DNA from: a virus
Virus record (IMG/VR): IMGVR_UViG_3300007505_000264
Span: 1 to 5,380 of that record
Length of the DNA stretch: 5,380 nt
Reading direction: 5' to 3' (one strand)
The translations under genes were made by a program, and so were the position numbers. Positions 1-5,267 of the stretch are shown here, in pieces; position 1 is the first letter of the stretch, and the number at the start of each line of letters is the position of its first letter. Under the pieces are notes generated by a model. It ran no database searches, was not told where the DNA came from, and worked only from the letters and a program-made list of their open reading frames with translations.

Positions 1-626
1 GGGGCTTCTTCTCCTAGTGGTAAATTAACAGTTGGACCGCGCTGTGGTGTAGGTAAAGCAGATGTGAACATGTCTTTTTTCCATGCTCTTTGGTGTACCT
101 TATTATACCAGGCGAAGTTATTGTTTTTTCCAGATTTTAACGGGATAAACTCCTCGTCTGATAAGTTTTGATCGATGTAATAATCAAAGAAAACTTTTTG
201 ATAAGCCGCGTGTGCTAATAAGTGGAAGTCATCCTGATGAACAGAAACGTTCGTAGGGAAACCGTAAAAATCAGATAGAGAATTTTTGGCGATTAAGTTA
301 TCTTGCTCATTAGAGCGTGGGATAGGAGGGTTTAAATCTCCTTTGCGACCTCCTGTAATAAAGTCCTCCCATTCTTCCCAAATAATACGATTTGGAGTAA
401 AGAAGGTATGATAGAAGACTTGGTTACGACCGAAAGATGGGGCTAACATAGCGTTGAAGCGCACTTGCGCTTCTGGCTTATATTTAAATCTATCTCCTGG
501 TAGAGCCTCCTGTATACACACGGGCTGTAGACGTCCAAATTTAGTGGTTGTCTGATGTGAATGTGACATGTCAAAGTAGTTGCTCTTAACACCTTTGATA
601 CGTTCTTGCTGAAAAATGTTTGCCAT
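1..626 (-). CDS. Major capsid protein VP1, N-terminal part only (about 208 codons), a duplicate of 4642..5267 truncated by the window edge
   Basis: Same sequence as the 5' end of the 512-aa ORF. ATG at 626..624 ('cat') followed by MANIFQQERIKG.... Confidence 0.9.
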   Translation of the reverse strand, partial: MANIFQQERIKGVKSNYFDMSHSHQTTTKFGRLQPVCIQEALPGDRFKYKPEAQVRFNAMLAPSFGRNQVFYHTFFTPNRIIWEEWEDFITGGRKGDLNPPIPRSNEQDNLIAKNSLSDFYGFPTNVSVHQDDFHLLAHAAYQKVFFDYYIDQNLSDEEFIPLKSGKNNNFAWYNKVHQRAWKKDMFTSALPTPQRGPTVNLPLGEEA

Positions 627-739
627 TATTTGAATATTCTTAGAATTGAAACTAATATACCAAGACCTTGAATTGTTTCGGGGGAAACTCCATATTTCCG
701 TAGTTCAGCGGAAAAGTCTTGTATCTTTAATTGAACTTG
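1..739. repeat. Left copy of a 739-nt terminal redundancy (matches 4642..5380), the signature of a circular genome read past its start
   Basis: Position 1 'ggggcttcttctcctagtgg' equals 4642 onward. A mid-point check (301 vs 4942, 'tcttgctcattagagcgtgg') and an end check (739 vs 5380, '...ttgaacttg') both hold at a constant offset of 4641. Confidence 0.95.
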
Positions 740-1588
740 GTTGAGTTGGTGCTGATCGTTATAGAGTGTTGCTCTAGACTTTAGGTTTTTTAACTCTTGA
801 ATAGTGTTCTCAATACCTGCTTTCCTTGCGGCATTGATGATAGCGTTTTCGCTGTATTTCTCTGTTAGATACTTATGCTGTAGATTATCCTTATCTCTAG
901 CGACTTGGCCAAAAGGGCCGTACGACTCTGTAGTGGCTGTTTCTAGTGGATAGGCTTGGTCGCCTATCATAGCTGTAATCCAACCGTCAACCTCTAGTAC
1001 TTGTTGTTTAGCCTGCTCGCTTGCTGCTATCATCTTTTTATTAAGAGTATCTGCTAAACGATCAGTGCCTACTTTTTGATTGACCTCGTTATCGAACTGT
1101 TTCCCAACAGTGTCTTGTTTAATACGATCTGTCTCCGCTTTAGTTTTCTCGATACCTGCTTGCGCTGCCTGTAAGCTTATATATGAACCCATTGAAGATA
1201 GGGCGTCTCCCCATTGAGGGGCGTTTAATTGGGCAGGGGTGGCCTTGGGGGCTGATATGTTACCGCCTTTTGCGTCAGCACCATTACCATATACTAAGTG
1301 GGGATTTAGACCTGCCTCTTTTAAGCGTTGCATTTGTTGAGTGGGATGATTGTACGCGTTTTCACGCTCCCATAAAGCGATGGCATCATCTCTAGAAAGA
1401 TTGTACATTTGCATATTATGCTGTATCTGATCTTCATTGATACTTTTTTGTGCGTTGGCGTTTATCCAAGCACCTCCGACGTTCGCGGCTGCCGCGATGC
1501 CTCCTGATAGTAGTGTTCCGTCCTGCATAGATTTATACATATGAACGGAACCCTCATTGGGGGTTCCGTCTCTATTTACCTGATACAT
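626..1588 (-). CDS. VP2-like minor capsid / DNA pilot protein (320 aa)
   Basis: Full ORF in the track. It has a Gly/Ala-rich N-terminal stretch (SGGIAAAANVGGAW), the motif 'QQMQRLKEAGLNPHLVYG', which I recall as typical of gokushovirus-type VP2 proteins, and a long Q/K/E-rich helical C-terminal half. Its TAA stop (628..626) overlaps the VP1 ATG (626..624). Confidence 0.8.
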   Translation of the reverse strand: MYQVNRDGTPNEGSVHMYKSMQDGTLLSGGIAAAANVGGAWINANAQKSINEDQIQHNMQMYNLSRDDAIALWERENAYNHPTQQMQRLKEAGLNPHLVYGNGADAKGGNISAPKATPAQLNAPQWGDALSSMGSYISLQAAQAGIEKTKAETDRIKQDTVGKQFDNEVNQKVGTDRLADTLNKKMIAASEQAKQQVLEVDGWITAMIGDQAYPLETATTESYGPFGQVARDKDNLQHKYLTEKYSENAIINAARKAGIENTIQELKNLKSRATLYNDQHQLNQVQLKIQDFSAELRKYGVSPETIQGLGILVSILRIFK

Positions 1589-1683
1589 TATAAGCGTAAT
1601 CCGCCTCGTGATACCATATATCCTTTTTGACCTCTACGTTTGTTGCGCCTTCTGCGGCGACTTCTTTTTCTTCTGAATGCCAT
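1588..1683 (-). CDS. Small highly basic protein (31 aa, MAFRRKRSRRRRRNKRRGQKGYMVSRGGLRL), a candidate DNA-condensing or packaging protein analogous to phiX174 J / chlamydiaphage ORF8
   Basis: Hand translation of the minus strand from the ATG at 1683..1681. 16 of 31 residues are Arg or Lys. The TAA stop (1590..1588) overlaps the VP2 ATG (1588..1586) as TAATG. It is too short for the supplied ORF track. Confidence 0.55.
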   Translation of the reverse strand: MAFRRKRSRRRRRNKRRGQKGYMVSRGGLRL

Positions 1684-1756
1684 GTGTGTAACATTTACAG
1701 TTAATGAATGAGAGGCCGCAACAATAGCAGACCTCTGTTAGTTTCGCGTGAAACAT
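1634..1756 (-). CDS. Hypothetical 40-aa Cys-rich peptide (MFHAKLTEVCYCCGLSFINCKCYTHGIQKKKKSPQKAQQT)
   Basis: Hand translation. The ATG (1756..1754) overlaps the TAA of the upstream 33-aa ORF as TAATG. It has five Cys in 13 residues and ends at the only TAG stop among the ORFs called here (1636..1634). Its 3' part overlaps the Arg-rich ORF in another frame, so at most part of this region is dual-coding. Confidence 0.3.
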   Translation of the reverse strand: MFHAKLTEVCYCCGLSFINCKCYTHGIQKKKKSPQKAQQT

Positions 1757-1857
1757 TATAAGCCAATTTGTGAGCCTGTTACGTAGGCAATAGCTAGTTT
1801 CACAACGTCAATTAGCAGTCCTAGCCAATTGAACTTCTTTTTTGGGGTTTCTTCCAT
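1756..1857 (-). CDS. Hypothetical 33-aa peptide with a hydrophobic core (MEETPKKKFNWLGLLIDVVKLAIAYVTGSQIGL), a candidate membrane protein
   Basis: Hand translation codon by codon. It has a charged N-terminus (EETPKKK) followed by a roughly 20-residue mostly hydrophobic segment. The ATG (1857..1855) overlaps the TAA of the 66-aa ORF as TAATG, and its own TAA (1758..1756) overlaps the next ATG. Confidence 0.4.
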   Translation of the reverse strand: MEETPKKKFNWLGLLIDVVKLAIAYVTGSQIGL

Positions 1858-2057
1858 TAGAATGCTTTTCCTTGGTTTAGTTTAAGTGAAATGTGTCCGT
1901 AGACTTTTCTTAGCATGTCCGCGTGTGTTTTGGTGCACTCTGGTAGCTTTACTAGTTTTGCCGCTACCTCTTTAAAGGTTTGCAAGAGCATGACTGCTTT
2001 TTCTGTTTCAGAGAAGTCTTGCGCTTCTCCTGTTTGCTCGATGGGTTTATTTGCCAT
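1857..2057 (-). CDS. Hypothetical protein (66 aa), first ORF downstream of the non-coding region
   Basis: ORF in the track, same strand as all the virion genes. It heads a chain of TAATG-coupled ORFs and sits 35 nt downstream of a candidate -10 hexamer. The composition looks helical. I recognise no family. Confidence 0.5.
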   Translation of the reverse strand: MANKPIEQTGEAQDFSETEKAVMLLQTFKEVAAKLVKLPECTKTHADMLRKVYGHISLKLNQGKAF

Positions 2058-2091
2058 GATGTCAAAGAATTTATTAAGTGAATATTACTGA

Positions 2092-2120
2092 TTGATACAT
2101 CGCGTATCTCATGATGTAAA
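2092..2120 (-). promoter_or_regulatory. Candidate sigma70-like promoter for the minus-strand gene chain
   Basis: The minus strand reads TTTACA (2120..2115), a 17-nt spacer, then TATCAA (2097..2092). The -10 lies 35 nt upstream of the 66-aa ORF ATG in an AT-rich context. This is a motif match only. Confidence 0.3.
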
Positions 2121-2153
2121 GATGAGAATAGTTTTTGTTATCTGCAAATTTTT

Positions 2154-2175
2154 ATTGTAACATTAATGTTACAAT
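2154..2175. promoter_or_regulatory. Perfect 22-bp palindrome attgtaacatt/aatgttacaat, a candidate operator, origin or protein-binding site
   Basis: The reverse complement of 2154..2164 equals 2165..2175 exactly. It lies in non-coding DNA just upstream of the candidate promoter. Confidence 0.6.
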
Positions 2176-2180
2176 TCGTA

Positions 2181-2333
2181 GCTTGTTACTTGTGGCTTGT
2201 GTGGTCGTTCCTTGGCTTGTTCCTTCACTACGTTCGGGCCGCGCCTTAGTTACTCCCTGCTTAGCCATGGTGCACGGCGCATCGGTCGTCGTAGACGCCC
2301 TGCCGTGCGCTACTTGTTTTGGGCAGATAAAAA
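2181..2333. other. GC-rich (~60%) structured island inside the AT-rich intergenic region
   Basis: My hand count gives 78 G+C in 130 nt for 2181..2310, against about 22% for 2061..2100. Predicted pairings are gcacggc (2272..2278) with gccgtgc (2302..2308), enclosing cgtc-gta-gacg (2287..2297), and ctgcc (2300..2304) with ggcag (2322..2326). The motif gcttgt occurs three times, at 2181, 2195 and 2215. Confidence 0.5.
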
Positions 2334-2364
2334 AGTGTGTATTCTATTTGTTTTGATTTGTATT

Positions 2365-2417
2365 GTGACATTTTGAGTGTCACGTAGCAATAATACTAAC
2401 AAGGTAGTATTATTGCT
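2365..2417. other. Two adjacent stem-loops: a 6-bp stem (gtgaca/tgtcac, 2365..2383) and a perfect 13-bp AT-rich stem with a 6-nt loop (2386..2398 / 2405..2417)
   Basis: agcaataatacta, then acaagg, then tagtattattgct is an exact inverted repeat. It lies about 50 nt downstream (minus sense) of the 120-aa ORF stop. Confidence 0.6.
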
Positions 2418-2468
2418 TCTGGGTTATTACTCCGCGCTTCGCTTGGGGCTGTTTATGGTAGCCTGTGA

Positions 2469-2831
2469 TTAAACGGAGGGTTCTGCTGCTGGTCGCGTAC
2501 CTCCTTCGTCGGTGGGCGCTTCGCTTTTGGGTGGTGCTATTTGGGCCGCTGTATGGCGTGAGCGTAATTCCTCTTCTAATTCGTGACGACGGTTTGAGAG
2601 GTAGTCTCTGTAATCTCCTAATTCGACTAAATCCATTTGATCGAAATCTGGTATGTCTTGGTCGCTGTAGAAGGGTTCTCTTTGGTTTGTCTCGAGAGTA
2701 ATGCCGTTACTTCTGGCTTGTATAATCTGTTTGAGTGAGCGTGTTTGGTTTGGCTCTGTTAAGGATGGGGCTGTAAATTTATCGCCCGACGCTACAGTTT
2801 CGTAAGCGTCTTGAATTGTTTTAAATCTCAT
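2469..2831 (-). CDS. Acidic 120-aa accessory protein, possibly VP3-type internal scaffold or VP5-like
   Basis: ORF in the track. Its ATG (2831..2829) overlaps the end of VP4 by 11 nt (ATGAGATTTAA). The N-terminal 'PSLTEPNQTRSLKQIIQARSNGI' loosely resembles the conserved N-terminal block of gokushovirus VP3 scaffolds as I recall them. The central part is rich in D and E. The functional call is tentative. Confidence 0.6.
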   Translation of the reverse strand: MRFKTIQDAYETVASGDKFTAPSLTEPNQTRSLKQIIQARSNGITLETNQREPFYSDQDIPDFDQMDLVELGDYRDYLSNRRHELEEELRSRHTAAQIAPPKSEAPTDEGGTRPAAEPSV

Positions 2832-3729
2832 TGTTTTCTCGTTTTGCTTTTTTAAACATTAATCTTGACTTCTCATTTTTATACTCCAAGAGTTGAGAAT
2901 GTTCCTCCTGTGTTAACTCTAACTCCTCGAATTGAGTTTCCATGTACTCGGCAATTTGCTTTTTCTGTTCGTCTGTGTATAGTTTGTTTTTATAGTACCT
3001 TGGTATAGCGATTTTACCATTTTGTGTTGTAATATATGGCTGCTCAATATTTCCAAGGTGTTTGTTAATGTTTCTGGCGTCCTCAAGCCACTGTTTACCA
3101 ATGCCCTGAGATATGAGTTGGAATTCGGGTACTCTGTCATCTCTGCTGTGTAATTTTTGCCAATTTGTTAACCTTTGCTTCTGGATATATTTGAATATAT
3201 ACCTTATACGAGAGGTATTGACCTCTTGTATATCTACTATGCCTAATGGTCGGAATAGGGCAGGTGTTTTTCTTGTAGCTTTTTGAGTGCATTTAGACCA
3301 CGCTTGTATGATGCCGTTTGTTGATGCGTTAAATACGATAGCATGGTAGTGAGGGCGTTTACCACCTGTACCATATTCTCCACAGGCAACATACTTAACT
3401 CTGTCATTGAATGGGGTTCTAACACTGTCTCCGTGGAACTTTCTAAGTCTCTTAAAGTAATTTTGAAGGTGTCGTTTTGAGAGGGACAGATACCCATTTG
3501 GGGTTCTATCGATAATTCTATTTTCTGAACTACTATCATAAGTTAAAGTGATAAAGTAAGCGGATTTAGCGCGCATTAGATGTTCGTTTATTCTGAACGT
3601 CCATCCTTCAATGCGTCTGTGTAAACAATTGGGACATTTACCGCATGGTAGTTTTAATTTGGAGTTGTCCTCTGGTATATACGGGAAAAAGCAACCCTTT
3701 GAAAGGGTTGCTAATTGTTCTGCCTTCAT
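2821..3729 (-). CDS. VP4 replication initiation protein (HUH rolling-circle endonuclease, 302 aa)
   Basis: Motif I is FITLTY (3538..3555). The HUH motif is RPHYHAIVF, with HYH at 3343..3351. Motif III is YIFKYIQK (3178..3201), with two tyrosines four residues apart as in phiX174 protein A (YVAKYVNK). A Cys cluster, PCGKCPNC, lies at residues 28-35. The ATG overlaps the VP1 stop as TAATG. Confidence 0.92.
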   Translation of the reverse strand: MKAEQLATLSKGCFFPYIPEDNSKLKLPCGKCPNCLHRRIEGWTFRINEHLMRAKSAYFITLTYDSSSENRIIDRTPNGYLSLSKRHLQNYFKRLRKFHGDSVRTPFNDRVKYVACGEYGTGGKRPHYHAIVFNASTNGIIQAWSKCTQKATRKTPALFRPLGIVDIQEVNTSRIRYIFKYIQKQRLTNWQKLHSRDDRVPEFQLISQGIGKQWLEDARNINKHLGNIEQPYITTQNGKIAIPRYYKNKLYTDEQKKQIAEYMETQFEELELTQEEHSQLLEYKNEKSRLMFKKAKRENNEI

Positions 3730-5267
3730 TATAGAGAAGGGGTTCCGAAGCGTGCAACATTACGCCTCATATAGAGGTGGTTGCGAACGTTCATGATGAT
3801 GTAATCTGTTCCGTCCTGATTGGCGAATGGAGCAGTGAGATAGTCGGCGTCTGGATCGACTGTAATAAACTCTTCGGAGAGGGTAGGAGCATTTTGAAAT
3901 TTTCTAGCGAATGTCCAGAAATCTAAAGTATCTTTCATTTCTCCTGATAAGTAGCTTTCTCGATAGCGATATTGTGCGTAGCGTATTGTATAACCGAATG
4001 TCATTTGGTTGTCCAAGTGAGAGTCTGGGTCATAGTAAACCTCTTTGTTTAATATCTCTTGTTCGCCAATATGAGCAAAGTTCGACCAATAGTAATCGAA
4101 ACGGTCGTTTGTGCTAAACACTCTAGGAAGTCCTTGGCTGTAGATAGGTTCAGGCATGATAGAAGCGATAGTAATGAACCAACCATGTTCTGGGGCGAAG
4201 TAAGAAACGTTACGCCCTGATGAATATCCGATACCGTGACCAGACATATTGCCTTGTGGGCTTGTAGGTGTACCTTCGGACGTTTGAAGAACTTCTGAAA
4301 CGGTTATAGGCATGATTGAACCACCGATATACTCTGATCGGTCTAGCCTAGCATCAAGGTTGCGAACGCCAAAGAATGATCGTAATACCTCGAAATAACG
4401 GCTACCGCCTCTAGCTAGTTTTTCGAAGAAATTTTGTATAGAGATGGTGTTACGTAGTTCTTGAACAGTGATACTGGTAGCCTCTGATAAGTCAGCCCAG
4501 AGGCGATCTGGGTTCATGCTGTCCGTTTGTTTGGGAAAGCTTTTGAAGGTAGGCGGGGTTGGTATACCGGTTTCGTCCCATGTTCCAGACCATTTCGCGG
4601 TATCATCAACAGTACCGGGAGGGGTTCGATTAAAGTAAACGGGGGCTTCTTCTCCTAGTGGTAAATTAACAGTTGGACCGCGCTGTGGTGTAGGTAAAGC
4701 AGATGTGAACATGTCTTTTTTCCATGCTCTTTGGTGTACCTTATTATACCAGGCGAAGTTATTGTTTTTTCCAGATTTTAACGGGATAAACTCCTCGTCT
4801 GATAAGTTTTGATCGATGTAATAATCAAAGAAAACTTTTTGATAAGCCGCGTGTGCTAATAAGTGGAAGTCATCCTGATGAACAGAAACGTTCGTAGGGA
4901 AACCGTAAAAATCAGATAGAGAATTTTTGGCGATTAAGTTATCTTGCTCATTAGAGCGTGGGATAGGAGGGTTTAAATCTCCTTTGCGACCTCCTGTAAT
5001 AAAGTCCTCCCATTCTTCCCAAATAATACGATTTGGAGTAAAGAAGGTATGATAGAAGACTTGGTTACGACCGAAAGATGGGGCTAACATAGCGTTGAAG
5101 CGCACTTGCGCTTCTGGCTTATATTTAAATCTATCTCCTGGTAGAGCCTCCTGTATACACACGGGCTGTAGACGTCCAAATTTAGTGGTTGTCTGATGTG
5201 AATGTGACATGTCAAAGTAGTTGCTCTTAACACCTTTGATACGTTCTTGCTGAAAAATGTTTGCCAT
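3729..5267 (-). CDS. Major capsid protein VP1 (512 aa), Microviridae F-like
   Basis: This is the longest ORF. The N-terminus 'YFDMSHSHQTTTKFGRLQPVCIQEALPGDRF' matches the conserved microvirus capsid N-terminal signature (FDLSH...G.L.P....E.LPGD). Size and genome context fit. Confidence 0.93.
   Translation of the reverse strand: MANIFQQERIKGVKSNYFDMSHSHQTTTKFGRLQPVCIQEALPGDRFKYKPEAQVRFNAMLAPSFGRNQVFYHTFFTPNRIIWEEWEDFITGGRKGDLNPPIPRSNEQDNLIAKNSLSDFYGFPTNVSVHQDDFHLLAHAAYQKVFFDYYIDQNLSDEEFIPLKSGKNNNFAWYNKVHQRAWKKDMFTSALPTPQRGPTVNLPLGEEAPVYFNRTPPGTVDDTAKWSGTWDETGIPTPPTFKSFPKQTDSMNPDRLWADLSEATSITVQELRNTISIQNFFEKLARGGSRYFEVLRSFFGVRNLDARLDRSEYIGGSIMPITVSEVLQTSEGTPTSPQGNMSGHGIGYSSGRNVSYFAPEHGWFITIASIMPEPIYSQGLPRVFSTNDRFDYYWSNFAHIGEQEILNKEVYYDPDSHLDNQMTFGYTIRYAQYRYRESYLSGEMKDTLDFWTFARKFQNAPTLSEEFITVDPDADYLTAPFANQDGTDYIIMNVRNHLYMRRNVARFGTPSL

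Noticed and set aside
1-739. The 739-nt direct repeat at both window ends could be a biological long terminal repeat or the ends of a mobile element.
   Set aside because: The repeat starts in the middle of the capsid gene and ends in the middle of VP2. It has no inverted termini or target duplications, and the unit length of 4641 nt is a typical microvirus genome size. Wrap-around of a circular sequence explains it fully.
1183-1395. Plus-strand ORFs of 61-78 aa lying largely or wholly antisense to known genes (1183..1395, 2465..2701, 3611..3796, 3911..4117).
   Set aside because: All lie largely or entirely antisense to well-supported capsid, pilot, Rep or accessory genes. They have odd compositions (Leu/Arg/Cys-rich) typical of antisense frames and no initiation signals.
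2140-2156. A Bacteroides-type promoter -7 element (TAnnTTTG) in TAAAAATTTGCAG on the minus strand.
   Set aside because: The register does not fit the consensus: the 8-mer ending in TTTG begins with A, not T. It is a motif look-alike only.
2135-2356. A plus-strand 73-aa ORF in the intergenic region, hydrophobic and starting at TTG.
   Set aside because: It has a non-ATG start and no ribosome-binding site, and it sits on the strand opposite all other genes, whereas microviruses transcribe one strand only. Its openness is explained by the GC-rich island being poor in stop codons. It would deserve attention only if conserved in relatives.
2152-2371. Two minus-strand mini-ORFs in the intergenic region (36 aa at 2261..2371 and 38 aa at 2152..2268, overlapping as ATGGCTAA).
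   Set aside because: The products are low-complexity (S/T/Q/K-rich). The start of the first lies inside a hairpin loop, there are no TAATG-type junctions like those of the other genes, and the region is better explained by nucleic-acid structure. I cannot exclude them without comparative data.
2365-2417. The two hairpins downstream of the 120-aa ORF as rho-independent terminators.
   Set aside because: On the minus (transcribed-sense) strand neither stem is followed by a U-tract (the sequences following are ACGTGACAC... and AATACAAATC...), and the 13-bp stem is AT-rich. A terminator role is not supported, so they are kept as structural or origin candidates instead.
3243-3539. Same-strand nested ORFs inside VP4 in alternative frames (98 aa at 3243..3539 and 73 aa at 2919..3140). 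These could be overprinted genes like phiX174 B and K within gene A.
   Set aside because: My rough estimate is that about two open frames of this length are expected by chance in a genome of this size and composition. I see no start context or recognisable motif. This was not pursued, but conservation of the frames in relatives with constrained synonymous sites in VP4 would reverse the call.
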